This document shows, one piece after another, positions 12,341 to 25,396 of a stretch of DNA of 64,000 nucleotides. The stretch spans positions 43,586,001-43,650,000 of the forward strand of contig NC_043001.1 in the NCBI RefSeq assembly GCF_006345805.1. Direction: 5' to 3'. Each line of letters starts with the position of its first letter. Position 1 is the first letter of the stretch. Position numbers and translations under genes: made by a program. The notes below the pieces were generated by a model that was not told the DNA's origin, did not search any database, and saw only the letters and a list, made by a program, of their open reading frames with translations. The DNA comes from Octopus sinensis (Eukaryota).

Positions 12341-13062
12341 TCTCTTTACAAATATTCATTATTTGAAAATGAATGTTAAAAGTAAGGTACCATTATGAAA
12401 TGACATGCTGTCTCAAGTATTTGTTTCTATTGCCTACTTTTAATATTTTAGAAGCCATTTTTTCAGGGCAGCAAGCTGGCAGAATTGCTAGCATAATATG
12501 CAAAATGCTTAATAGCCTTTTGTCTGTTTTTATGTCCTGAGTTCGAATTCTGCTGAGGTCGACTTTCCCTTTCATCCCTTTGGGGTCATTAAAATAAGTA
12601 TCAGTTGAGCACTGGGGTGAAAGTAATTGACTTACCCCTCCCCCAAAATTGCTGGTCCTATGCCAAAAAATTGAAACCAATATTTTAGGACTTTTTGAAG
12701 TCTGTCTTGTTTATTATTTTTATGAATGTTATCAAAATGTGATTCAAGAGTGACATTACTATACTGCTGTGTAAGAAAGTCAAGATTTCTTGAAAGGAAA
12801 ACAAACTTCATACATAGAAAATAAAGAACAGGCAACATTGCTTATTCCCTGAAGAGCAAAAAGTTAAACTCAAGTTTATCTTATAAGTTGGAATACTTAA
12901 AATGATGCTGCATCACTCTATAACATATATATATGTATATAAATGTCGAACGACAAAAATGAGTGTTCAGCTCTGCATTGGTGGATATAATTTCTTTATT
13001 GGTGAATTAAAACTACCATTGGTTTCATGTTAAGAGAAGTAGGAATATATCCTAGAGTCTTA

Positions 13063-13131
13063 ACAATTTTTCAAGCCAATCACATGTGATTGGCTTGAAA
13101 AATTGTGGGTGGGGTAATGTTACCCCACCCA
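13063..13131. repeat. Two back-to-back palindromes (44-bp perfect; 12-bp arms with 2-nt spacer)
   Basis: acaatttttcaagccaatcaca|tgtgattggcttgaaaaattgt (13063-13106), then tgggtggggtaa-tg-ttaccccaccca (13106-13131). Confidence 0.95.
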
Positions 13132-13657
13132 CATGCAAAAAAAAAATAACAAAAAACAAAAAAGATAATGACTGTTAAAAGCAGCAAAATAAGTATGTGG
13201 TTAGCTTAGCTGTGGGCAGCCACAAACTGAAGTTTGGTGCTCAAAACATGCTTATTTATAAGCTTTGTAAAGGGACGTTCTAGCTTCTAAAAAGATGCCT
13301 CACATGATGTCTCGATTGGCCAATCACATGAAAAAGCTGTTGCTTTGCTATGATTTTAACTTGTCAGTTTGTCAAGTAGGTTTTGAATCTTGCTACAGGA
13401 TTACTAATTTTTACATTAACTAAAACATGGGTACCATCTTTCATTTGAAATATGGTTTCTTAAAGGTTAATGAAAGCATCTTAATTTAATCAGTTTAAAA
13501 ACCCTTCAAAAGACTGAAATATAAGAATATCAAAATATAAAGTTCCTGCTCTGTAGACTATTATTTGTTCTATTTACTTTTTGTGGCCCTTTTTTTCTAT
13601 TTGTTTTTTAAAATAGTATTACTTATGTACATTATTATTTTTTTAATCGCATTTCAG

Positions 13658-13975
13658 AATCTTTAATCCTGGGTTGTGAAGAAATTAAATCAAAGCACCA
13701 AATAATGAAAGAGGATCTTCATGTGCAATGCTACAAGAATACACAACACAAGTTCAAAGATTCAATATATCAGTGTGGCATAATTCCTAACAGTTTTGCT
13801 AATAACATTTGGCTAATACTTCAAAACCAAAGGATTCATGTAAAAACATGCAAGGACTGTCATACAGACATGCATCCTTACTATCAGTATAACATTCCTA
13901 ATAAAAATATTGCAGATGGTTATTTACAATCAATTTTCTATGATTGTGACAAAGTATTTTGGTTCTTACATGTTA
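13658..13975 (+). CDS. Host gene exon B: second Cys-containing ectodomain module (divergent SUEL-like)
   Basis: Acceptor atttcag|, donor |gtaagt. 318 nt, phase 1-1, open. Encodes ESLILGCEEIKSKHQIMKEDLHVQCYK...YQCG...TCKDC...GYLQSIFYDCDKVFWFLHV (ORF 13705-14013 frame). LHVQC and YLxxxxYxC recall the SUEL termini. Confidence 0.75.
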
Positions 13976-15481
13976 GTAAGTACACAATATTTATTTATTT
14001 TACTACTTGGTAAACACACCCATGTATACATACACTCACATTTACAAATCATTCACTTAAAAATGAACACATGCATTCATACATGCAAACTCATCCACAC
14101 ATATTCATGCACAATGGAACTAGAGTAATTAAAGGTAGTTATGGCTGGTCTTTGGGGCCACTGAGGGTTTCATGTCCATAAAGTGCTTGGCTTTACAGCA
14201 TTTCTTCAGACCCTAATGGCTGATGTCCTATAACCTCTCTTCAAAGTGGGGGGAGAAAAGACCTTGTTGCTAATTGTTGAATACACAAAGGAGAGTTGTT
14301 AAATGCAAGGGACTGTCTCCCTTAAACTACTATTCGTAATCGACCCTGTTGGCTTGTGGGGCCCAAAACTTCAGTAGGAATCTCCTGAAGTGTTAGCTGT
14401 TTCTGAAGACTTTGTCCTGAAATTTAGGATGTTCCCTGGGTTGAGGGTCTTCCTAATATCTTTCCCATTCAGTGATGCATCAGCTTGGTATTCACCCAAC
14501 TTACCTGAAGACCAAGCTTTGCCCACGTCCTTTTCAAATATTCTAACATAAATTCAGATGGTACCTGTTATTTTACATAAATTCGAGTATTCAATTCAAT
14601 GTTCTCTAAGCATGCAAAATTTATAATCATTTTTAAAAATCTAGAGAAATCCACATAATAATCTGATAGTGTTCTATTATTGTTTTACAAAGCATCATAA
14701 ATCTTCAATAACTCACTAGTACTACAGATTTCACTTCTTCAAATATTCTAATACATGTAATTGTTTTTAACCACTGTAATCTTGATTTTGTAAACCTTTT
14801 TTTCCTTCTCACTTCTTGGAAGCGTTTTCTAAGAAACAAGATTTCGATTGCCATTTCTTTATTTACCTTACACAGAATTTGCAAACCTAAAGGTCTTATG
14901 GATTCCTACAAATTGATCAAAGTTCATACAGTTCCAGAGACCTTCAGTTGTTTTATATCTATATGGCATCAGATGTTGATAATGTGAAGCCACAAGTGAA
15001 ATTTTCTCAGCTGTTAAGATACCAGGAAGTGAAATTAGTGGAATACATTTTACAGACAATTTCTTTGTCTGCAACAGAGGGAATTAACTCTTTATACATT
15101 ACAGTCAAGTATGTCACAGTGGAGAAATGCACTGTTTATGTCTGTGAATGTGTCCTGTAATCCAAAAACTTTAAATTTTTGTAATATGACCCCCACCCAC
15201 CCACATGCAAACCCGTCCCTCAAAAAATAAATAAAGAAACAAAAACAAAGACTAGCAAACCAACTACAAATAACTTACAACATACCTATATACCAGCGAT
15301 AATATTTTTAATTCACAGGTTTTGATGTAAAATATATATATATTCTAAAATATAACATAATGTTATATAGACTTTACTCAGTAAATTACATGTCTTGAAA
15401 TGTATAGATTCAGTTCTTTTATTAGAAAATACTTTAGATGTTATCAATAACTCAATTGATGACATTTAGAGGTGCTTGAGT

Positions 15482-15775
15482 GGAGGTGCAATGGCCCAGT
15501 GGTTAGGGCAGTGGACTCGCGGTCGGAAGATCGTGGTTTCAATTCCCAGACCGGGCGTTGTGTGTGTTTATTGAGCGGAAACACCTAAAGCTCCACGAGG
15601 CTCTGTTGTACTCTTTCGCCCCAACCTTCTCTCACTCTTTCTTCCTGTTTCTTGAGTAACGCTGCGATGGACTGGCATCCCATCCAGCTGGGGGGAACAC
15701 ATACGCCACAGAAACCGGGGAACTGGGCCCATGAATCTAGCTAGGCTTGAAAAGGTGCATAAATAAAAAAAAATA
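15482..15775 (+). mobile_element. tRNA-derived SINE (octopus OR-type-like)
   Basis: tRNA-like head ggaggtgcaatggcccagtggttaggg...gtttcaattcc with A/B boxes and an A-rich tail. Second copy at 48750-49045. Confidence 0.8.
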
Positions 15776-16085
15776 AACATATCTAAAACAGGCAAGGAAT
15801 TTGTTGCTGGATGCAATGCCTTAGAACCAGATGGTTTATTTTAACTTTATGCAGCAGTTTTAACTCACTTCATGAGATAGAGTATGTGCTGTAGTGCACA
15901 CTGTTTTATTTAGTGTATTGCCTTTATTATATCTTAAATAATTATATTGTGTTGATCCCTTTACAGTAACTCTCAGGCATTTTATTTGAAGAGATAGAAC
16001 TAAAAATAAACTAGTTTTAGACTGATATTTAAATAATAAATAAAAAGTATTTTTATTTTTATGCTTATTTTGTTTCATTTCAAAG

Positions 16086-16310
16086 ATACTGATGAGTGTG
16101 AAGGAATTTTCGAAGAATTCTTTTTGAAGACAAATTCTGGTAATCCAAAGTTTAATGGAAATGAAACAGTTGAAGAGAACATTACAGGTAGCTACCCAAC
16201 AGAAATTGAAACCATTTCTCATTATGTTGACACCACTTCCTTCTTGCCTTCCCAAGAAGTATCTTCTCTTCCCGGTTTCCACAATGTTGATAAAAGGATG
16301 TTTCCACGAG
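16086..16310 (+). CDS. Host gene exon C: Ser/Thr/acidic juxtamembrane stalk
   Basis: Acceptor tttcatttcaaag|, donor |gtaaga. 225 nt, phase 1-1, open (ORF 16061-16336 frame). Encodes TDECEG...NGNETVEENITGSYPTEIETISHYVDTTSFLPSQEVSS..., with sequons NET and NIT. Confidence 0.78.
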
Positions 16311-16409
16311 GTAAGATGGGGATCTCTTGTAAATAGCACGGTAATCTATTACTTTACCATAGAGCTAACCAACCAAGTTGGTCTTGTCTGTCTGTTCTGT
16401 GTGTATGTA

Positions 16410-16447
<38 letters not shown>

Positions 16448-16542
16448 TGTGTGTGTCTCTATCTCTCTCTATATATATCTATATATCTATCCATATGTAT
16501 ATATGTATATGTTTATGTATGTGTGTATGTATGTATGTATGT

Positions 16543-16880
16543 GAAGGCGCATGGCTCAGTGGTTAGAGCATCAAGCTTACGATCGTGAGGTTGTGAGTTT
16601 GTATCCTGGACCAAGCTACGTGTTGTGTTCTTGAGCAAGACACTTTATTTCACGTTGCTCCAGTTCACTCAGCTGTAGAAATGAGTTGCGACATCATAGG
16701 TGTCAAGCTGTATAGGCCCTTACTTTTCTCTTGGATAACATTGGTGCTGTAGGGAGGGGAGGCTGGTATGCATGGGCAACTGTTGGTATTCCATAAACAA
16801 ACTTGCCCGGACTTGTGGTTGGGAGGGTAACTTTCTAGGTGCAATCCCATAGTCAGTCATAGCTGAAGGGGGTCTCAGAA
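16543..16880 (+). mobile_element. tRNA-derived SINE with CORE/Meta-like body
   Basis: Head gaaggcgcatggctcagtggttagagc, body ttgagcaagacacttt...ttgctccagttcactcagctg. Copies at about 23785-24055, 26405-26720 and 51455-51750(-). Confidence 0.8.
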
Positions 16881-16908
16881 TGTATATATATATATATATA
16901 TATATATA

Positions 16909-18134
16909 CTGGGTCATCCCATAAATAATGCGGTTTTTTCAATAGCATGAACTAAAAGTTGGAGGAGGACATGATAAACTACCTACATCAACTTATTACA
17001 AAAGCAGGTAGTAATTTTAACTTCCCTTATTCTTGGTGCAAGTTTTGAAAAGTGCAGTTCGATTTTAACAGTTATTTTTTTAAAGCTATAATGGAAGTGA
17101 CAAAGGAGCATATTAAAGTATATTTTGCTTTATGAGTTCAATAAAGGCAACAATGCAACGGAAAGTGCAAGGAATATTAATACAGTATATGGGGACTGGA
17201 CAATAAGTGTAAGCCAGTGTCAATGGTTGTTCCAGAAATTCTGAGTAGGTAACTACAGCCTAGAAGATGAGCCTCATCCTGGAAGACCTGTATAACTCGA
17301 TGAGGATGTCCTGCAAAACGTGGTGGAACAAAATCCCATCATAACTGTTGAGGAACTAGCAGAGAAGCTTGGATTTGGTCATTCAACCATTCATCAACCC
17401 TTGTGTGCCATCGGAAAAGTCAGCAAATTGGGTCAATAGGTTCCTCACAAACTTTCCGAGTTTAATCGAGTGCAGAGAGTGAATGTGTGCTCTTCTTTGC
17501 TGTTATGTCTCACAAATGAACCTTTTTTGAACTGAATAGTGACTGGTGATGAGAAATGGGTTCTCTATAAAAATGTCAAGTGCCGAAGACAGAAAGGAGA
17601 AAAATCGGCACCCCAGGCTAAAGAAGGTCTTCGGAAAGGTTTAGTCCACTTTGAACTTTTAAACCCAAACCAAACAATAACAAAAGAGATCTACTGTGAG
17701 CAGCTTAAGCAGCTTAAATCAGTGCTAGAAGAAAAACGACCATCTTCGGTTTCAAGACAAAAGGTGTTCTTCCATCAGGATAATGCTTGGTCACATACTG
17801 TGAGGATGATATTCCAAAGGCTGGAGCAGTTTGAATGGGAAACAATGCCCCATCCACCATATTTGCCAGACATTGCTCCATCTGATTATCATTTATTTTG
17901 CAGTCTTCAAAATCATTTGGACAGAAAAAATATGGATTCTGTAGATGAGGTCAGAACAGTGCTAGAGGATTATTTTTCATCACAGACAAGTGAATTTTGG
18001 AAGAGGGGATAGATGGAAGAGCATTGTAGAAAATGAAGGAGAGTATATTTTAGATTAAAAAAGAACCTTTGTTTTTCTTAATTTTGAAAAATGAAAGAAG
18101 TATAAAAAACTGCATTATTTATGGAATGATCCAG
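16909..18134 (+). mobile_element. Full-length but defective mariner transposon (D,D34D)
   Basis: ~30-bp TIRs (ctgggtcatcccataaataatgcggtttttt / aaaaaactgcattatttatggaatgatccag) with TA on both sides. VTGDEKW, FHQDNA and APSDYHLF motifs. In-frame stops and frameshifts. Confidence 0.95.
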
Positions 18135-20049
18135 TATATCCCTTTTTTAATATCTTAAACTCCTCCTACAAAAACAGATTAGTTTCTAAGAACAAACCCC
18201 TATCTTCAGAATTCAGATAACAACAACAATATTTAGTAACATGGTGAACTTAAGAAAAATCTGGTATATTTTCACTGTTCTGCTTGCAGAATGAATTTGG
18301 TGGGTAAATGTTTTTGGTAAATACTAACATAACCAAGTGTTTCCATGATTAATAGTACAAATGTAAATTTATAATCTGGGAAGAGAAGCTGTAGGTTTCA
18401 AAACAGTTGATCACAAATATTTTATTTTTCACTGATTTTGAATGAAATGTTCCCTTGTACACAGACTTTTTTCTCTGTTTCAAACGACTTTAACAACTCT
18501 GTTGTGTTTGAATTTAGTGAGTGTTTTGATTGGAATGTATTGAAATGCATGGATATACTAAGCATTTGAAATATTTTTTATAACAGTCCCAGAGAAGTCT
18601 TTTCTAAGAGTGGCATTGAATATTGTTTTAGCAAAAACACCATACTGCCTTGGAAGAAATAGTACCTATATGATATTTTGTAGCAGTTGCTGATCATGAA
18701 AACACATCTTATCTTCCACAAATATGTGATATAACCGACATTTTTTAGTTCAATTGGTATTCAATTGATATTTTTTACTCCTGGGTTACAAAAGCATAAT
18801 TTTCAACTTTATGGGAAACATGCACACATATAATGTTTTATCATCTAGGTATCTGCTAAGATCAGTTTGTCTGGCAGTTCTGGGGTCACATGGAACATCT
18901 TCAAGAACTAAGTACTTCTTGAATTGATCACTCCTAGTCTAAATGATATTACTCCCTTCACGTTTGAGCACTTTGTTAATGTATTTGTTTTTGTTACTGT
19001 TATTTAACCAGGTGCTGTCTGAGTGATACCACACAGCAGTAAAAAAAATGCCTGTTTTTTTCCCTCCCTCTTTCTTTTGAGATAGAATCAGAAAACATTC
19101 CAGTACTCTGTTAGACACAAAATATTAATTTGAATTCTGTTGCCTTTCTATTTTAACTTTATCCTATTGTTTCTTTTTTTATTTTACAATTTGATGTGTA
19201 ACAGTTGTGTTCATTATTTAATCATTTTAAACTTGTGGACTGATATCATAATTTGGCTTTTGAATTTTGGTTGATACACTTTATTTTGCTGATGCCGTTC
19301 AGAAACATAAAGATGTTGCTAAATTTCACTTTGCTTTCTCTTAAAATTTAAATCCCTTTAGCATGTCTAACTAAATCATTATTTGATAAATTTGTTACCT
19401 CTTTCCAAGTTAAACACTTGTGAGGATCATTTCTCTTTTATCTCCTATAGGATGACTAAAACAAGTTCCATAAATATAAAAATAATTCGATTTTTTTATC
19501 AAATATACCCTCTCTCTTTGGCCTTGTACGGAGCCAAAACAAATTAATATTTGATCAATTTGTTGATAGTGGTATGAAGTTTGTTGCAAAATTGTGTGTG
19601 TGATTTAGTTTCAGCTCGCAGTTGAATTTGTTCCACTTATATCATTGACATCCTTATAACTGATAGAAAACCATAGTGCCCTGTGCATTTTAAGCTTCAT
19701 ACTGTTTAAACATATCATTAATTAATTTCAAACCAGATGTCAAATAAGATGCTTTATTGTATCTTGTTTGATGTCTTGCTATTTTGAATTTAAGTCCTAC
19801 CAGTATTAAATTTAACTTTAGATTATTCTGAGTATCACTAAACTCACTGATATATTTGGGACTGATTCAATTGAGGAACATGTCATTTATCTATTTGTGC
19901 ATAATCAAGACAAACCAATATTTTATAACCTTGTATATAATAACCTTTTTTTCACACATTTATATGATGATATGATTTCAGTTTCAGAATCCTAAATAAT
20001 GTACAAACATAAATGGAGTAGATTAGTGAGAATTTATTTCCTTCAACGT

Positions 20050-20054
20050 TCATA

Positions 20055-20141
<87 letters not shown>

Positions 20142-20223
20142 ATATGTATATATATATGTATGTATATATATATATGTAATATATATATGTATATATATAT
20201 ATGTATGTATATATATATGTATA

Positions 20224-20260
<37 letters not shown>

Positions 20261-20279
20261 GTATATATATATGTATATA

Positions 20280-20328
<49 letters not shown>

Positions 20329-20504
20329 TATTATATGTATATATATATATTATATATAATATATATGTATATATATATATGTATATAATAATAATAATAA
20401 TAATAACAATAACAATAATAACAATAACAATAACAATAATAATAATAATAATAACAATAACAATAACGATAATAATAATAACAATAACAATAACAATAAC
20501 AATA

Positions 20505-20536
<32 letters not shown>

Positions 20537-20550
20537 TTAATAATAATAAT
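20050..20550. repeat. Compound microsatellite (AT/ATGT then AAT/AACAAT)
   Basis: Read directly from the sequence. Confidence 0.95.
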
Positions 20551-20552
20551 AA

Positions 20553-20835
20553 TAGTAATCCATGGATGAAATTTATAGATATTTTAATGCATCACTATGT
20601 GTGTTTCCACAAATCACATATTTCTTTCAATCATAGTCCGTATTCCTGGGGTGATTACAGTACAGTCCATAGTATCCCTGGACATCAGGTGGATCATGTT
20701 CATATGCTAATTTCCTCAGATGATATGGCCATCACTCCAGGAATATGGACTATGATTGTAAGAAACATGTGATTTGTGGAAAAATGCACAGCAATGCATT
20801 AAAAAATTTCATAAATTCCATCCATGGATTATTAT
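20553..20835. mobile_element. Fold-back/MITE-like element with ~100-bp TIRs (short copy)
   Basis: Arms 20557-20655 and 20731-20830 are imperfect reverse complements (aatccatggatg...catagtcc.tattcc). Same family as 58490-58940. Confidence 0.8.
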
Positions 20836-21064
20836 TACTATTATTACTATTATATTTATCCTACATTATATTGGCACAACCCCAAAAAACTGCTATTGCC
20901 AGTTGGTATCATTAGGCTGTAGCTGGCATAATAAAATAAGGACTTTTATATGCATATTCAAAAAGATTACCTGTAAACCAACTTAGTGACAATTGAATTT
21001 TTCCTTTATGGTATCACATTGCACTTAGTTGTTTATATTAATTTTATATACATACATACATACA

Positions 21065-21161
<97 letters not shown>

Positions 21162-21369
21162 CCATACATATCTTACATCTATTTCCTCCACCTCACTCTC
21201 TATTTATATCACATCGAAACTAACTATGACTTAAGTTTTCCTCTCACACCATCTCCAATGAAGGGATATTATTATTAATTAATATTCTAGAAACAGCTGT
21301 AAGACCTTCTATCTATAAATGCTCTAATATCTATACAGCCTTGGTTTTTTTATCTCATTACGCAAAAAA

Positions 21370-21405
<36 letters not shown>

Positions 21406-21474
21406 TGTTTGTGGGTATCTATGTGTATATATATGTATATGAATATATGTGTGTGTGTGTGCATATATATCTAT

Positions 21475-22632
21475 GTCTAAGTTTGTTTTTGTGTGCGGCA
21501 AATGCTCAGGAGCAATAAACACTGAAAATGTGCAGAAAACAGCTTCCATCACATCCCAGGGGTAAAAAACTACAAGTAGTTAACAGCTTCCGTTACCTAG
21601 GTGACCAAGTCAGTAGCAGGGATGGATACTCTGAAAATGTAGCTGCTAGAATAAGAATAGCCTGGGCAAAGTTCAGAGAGCTCTTAACTCTGCTGGTGAC
21701 AAAGGGCTTCTTGCTCAGAGTAAAAGGTAGACTGTATGATGCATGTGTACGAACAGCCATGCTACACGGCAGTAAAACATGGGCTGTGACTGCTGAGGAC
21801 ATGCGTAAGCTTGCAAGGAATGAAGCCAGTATGCTCCACTGAATGTGGTCTGTCAGTGTGCATGCACAACAGAGTGTAAGCACCCTGAGAGAAAAAGTTG
21901 GAGATAAGAAGCATCGGATGTGGTGTGCAAGAGAGACAACTGCACTGGTATGGTCATGTGTTGAGAATGGATGAGGACAGCTTTGTGAAAAAGTGTCACA
22001 CCCTAGCGGTTGAAAGAACCTGTGGAAGAGGTAACCCAGGAAGACCTGGGATGAGGTGGTGAAGCATGACCTTCGAACATTGGGCCTCATTGAGGCAATG
22101 ACAAGTGACTGAGACCTTTGGAGATATGCTGTGCTTGAGAAGACTCGGCAAGCCAAGTGAAACCATAACCGTGGCCTATGCTATTGCAGTATAACCAGCC
22201 CATTTAAAAGTACCCTTCAATCATTGGGCAATAAACTGTGCTTGTGAAGACATGTTGAGGCAAGTGAAATCGTTGTCAAGACCAATGACAGTACTGCCTG
22301 ATTGGCACCTGTGCCAGTGGCACATTAAAATCACCATTCGAGTGTGATCATTGCCAGTGCTGCCTGACTGGCTCCTGTGCCAGTGACATGTACAAAGCAC
22401 CATCTGAGCATGGTCAATGCCAGTACCACCTGACCGGCCCTCATGCCAGGGGCATGTAAAAAGCACACACTGCACTCTCAGAGTGGCTGGCATTAGGAAG
22501 GGCATCCAACTGTAGACACTTTGCTAGATTGGATTGGAGCCTGGTGCAGTCTTCTGGCTTGCCAGCCCTCAGTCAAACCATCCAACCCATAACTGCATGG
22601 AAAGCTGATGTTAAACGATGATGATGATGATG
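21475..22632 (+). mobile_element. RTE-clade LINE, 5'-truncated, with 3' UTR and (GAT)n tail
   Basis: FRYLGD...ARIRIAWAKFRELL...LYDACVRTAMLHGSKTW (RT C-terminal region), then a 3' UTR with internal short repeats and gttaaacgatgatgat. Confidence 0.9.
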
Positions 22633-24680
22633 TGTATGTATTAATCAATGAAATTTCAATTTAGTCTGATTTTCATTTTTTATTATTTCCACTTTTCCAA
22701 TTTTTCCAATTTTACAATATTGGAGTAATCTAGTACTTTCATGTGTTACACAATCATTAGGTTTATGTAGTGACAGTTGTGCTCCACAATTAACAACTGT
22801 GGTGAAATGGTTAGATTTGTCCTTTAAATACCTGCCAATGAGCTCCAGCAGGCTGAATGTTACGACCTGTATTTTAACCAATTAGTATGTAGCTTAGATG
22901 TCATGATTTGGTGAGCATGCCAACTAAGTCAGTATGTGGCTTAGATGTCATTATTTGGTGAATGCACCAACTTGGTTAGCATTTATCCTGGTTTTTTCGA
23001 CAAGATGTTTTATCTTAATTGGTGTGCAGCTAGGACATCACAGTTTGGTGTGTACGTCAAAGATTCTTTACTTTGACTGCACCTAAAGGAATAATTGTTT
23101 GATAATATTTTGGAATGTTGTAAACAATGTTCCTGTTTTCATAGAATTCTATTGTTACAGTTTTTCAGAAATTTTACATTTCAATCAAGTCAGTGTTGAT
23201 ATGATTAACACTACTACTATCCTCACCACCACCTTTATTATTATTATTGTTAGTGGTGGCAGTGGTAGTATTATTATTATCATCATTACAATTATCACTA
23301 TTACTATAATTGTTATTATACTGTTATTAACTGTTATTAGTATTAACGGTTATTACTATAAGTGTTATTAGCAGTATTTCACTCATCGCTATGTTCTGAG
23401 TTCAAGTTCCTTCGACTTTGCCTTTCATCCTTTCAGGGTCAATAAATTAAGTACCAGTGAAACACTGGGGTCGATGTACTCAACTAGTCTCCTCTCCCCA
23501 ATAGTAGAAAGGACCATTATTGTCCATTTAAAACAGGTTTGAATTTACCAATAAAATTCTTTACTCTGACTTTTCTCTTTACTTCACCTGTGTAAATGTC
23601 TTCTACTGTAGCCTTAGACAGACCAATACCTTGTGGCTGAATTTGGCTGACGGAAACTGCAGGAAACCTGTCATACACACATACACTCACATACTAACGA
23701 AAAATATATATATCTGTGAGTGTGTCTGTGTATGTGTATATATGTGTGTGTGTGTGCGCTATGTATATGTGTGTGTATGTGTGTGAAGGCACGTAGCTCA
23801 GTGGTTAGAGTGTTGGGCTCACAATCATGAAGTAGTAAGTTTGATTCCCAGACTGGACTGTGTGTTGTGTTTTTGAGCAAGACACCCTATTTCCCATTGC
23901 TCCAGTTCACTCAACTGTAGAAATGAGTTGTGACATCACTGATGCCAAACTGTATCAGCCTTTGCTTTTTCCTTGGATAACACTGGTGGTGTGGAAAGGG
24001 GAGGCTGGTGTGCATGGGTGACTTCTGGTTTTCCATAAGCAAACTTGCTGGGAATTGTGAGCAAATGTTGAAGACAGTGACAAAAACATACACAACACAA
24101 ATGTAAATATGAAAACAAAATGAATTTACAATAGACAAACAAAATAAGGCTGTGCAGCTCTAAGATAAGATAAGTGTAAGGGTAATGCAAAGGAAAGGAA
24201 AGGAAAATGTCCGATGGAACTGGAAACAAAAAAGGGGACAAATGGAAAAACAGAATGGTGAAAAAAAAAAAAACCAAACCATGCTGAAAGTAAAGAAGGA
24301 AGTGAGAGAAATGTGACAGAATGAATTAGTGGTCAGGAAATATAGGTAGATATGTATAGAACTTCTGATAAGCATGTGTGTGATAGCTGACAATTTAGCA
24401 TGTTTTTTTTAGAATTTTGCTCTTACATACTAAAGAAGAAAGACTTATTAATTTACTCATAGGTTGTGAAGTGAAAGCCAAACTCCAACTGTGCTTTGCA
24501 TTTCATCTATTTGGGTTTTACAAAATAACTTTCTTGCATGTATTAGGTTTGAGTTAATCAACTACTCTACTTCCTTACACATAATCTGTGGTCTATCATC
24601 TTTGCTAAAACATGAACAGCATTTTCTTTTATATATTTTTTTAACGTATATCTATATATATATATATTTTTTTTTTTCAG

Positions 24681-24765
24681 AAATTGTCAATTACTTAACA
24701 ATTGGAATTGCTGGTGGACTAACACTTATCACTTTAACTGTGTGTTTTATTGTCATTTTGAGAAG
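24681..24765 (+). CDS. Host gene exon D: transmembrane helix
   Basis: Acceptor tttttttcag|, donor |gttagt. 85 nt, phase 1-2. Encodes EIVNYLTIGIAGGLTLITLTVCFIVILR(R): a hydrophobic helix followed by basic stop-transfer residues (RRPKQK after splicing). Confidence 0.9.
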
Positions 24766-24850
24766 GTTAGTTTCAATTTGCATTTGCTTTTTTTCAATAA
24801 GGTACATGAAGTGTGATGTGAAGCTTGTCTGAACTTCTGATAAGCTGGGT

Positions 24851-25396
24851 ACAATTCCAAACCTTATCTTTAGAACCTTTATATAGTGCCTCAACTTATA
24901 CCTCATTCTTCTTAAGCCTGCTTTGTTCCTACTTCAAAGTGGAGCAATTATGTGAAGTAGCAGAAAAAAAAAAGTCTACCTAAGTTGTCAGAAGAAATGA
25001 TTGAAGATGAAAATCGAACAGAATGTCCAGTTGAGTTTGATGATAAGCTCCTTGAGGCATTACTTGAAGAAAATCCTGCATTATCAGTTGAAGGATTGGC
25101 AATAAAATTTAGTTCAAACCATGCAACTGTTCATTGTCATCTTCAACAACTTGGAATGATTCTTAAACTTGAAAAATGGGTGCCTCATGAATTGTCTGAA
25201 AGCAACCACAAATACCGAGTTGACATTCTGTTGATTTTCATCTTCAATCATTTCTTCTGACAACTTAGGTAGACTTTTTTTTTTCTGCTACTTCACATAA
25301 TTGCTCCACTTTGAAGTAGGAACAAAGCAGGCTTAAGAAGAATGAGGTATAAGTTGAGGCACTATATAAAGGTTCTAAAGATAAGGTTTGGAATTG
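24851..25396. repeat. Long inverted duplication (~175-bp arms, ~195-bp spacer)
   Basis: ~24851-25027 is the reverse complement of ~25222-25396, apart from a 1-nt indel near the inner end. The right arm is bracketed by the 8-bp direct repeat gttgacat (25219-25226, 25396-25403). Confidence 0.93.

Noticed and set aside
14948-15160. 70-aa ORF between exons B and C as an extra exon
   Set aside because: No clear donor before its stop codon, and the B-to-C junction is already in phase without it.
15482-15560. tRNA-like heads at 15482, 16543, 23785, 29185, 48750 and similar, as tRNA genes
   Set aside because: No complete cloverleaf. Each is followed by a conserved SINE body found in multiple copies.
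18290-19480. Acceptor-like sites in the C-D intron (~18290, ~18848, ~19450)
   Set aside because: Followed by early stops or non-frame-preserving lengths.
21593-22156. 187-aa minus-strand ORF and other antisense ORFs over LINEs (6580-6867, 8117-8368, 8993-9184)
   Set aside because: Antisense shadows of retrotransposon coding sequence.
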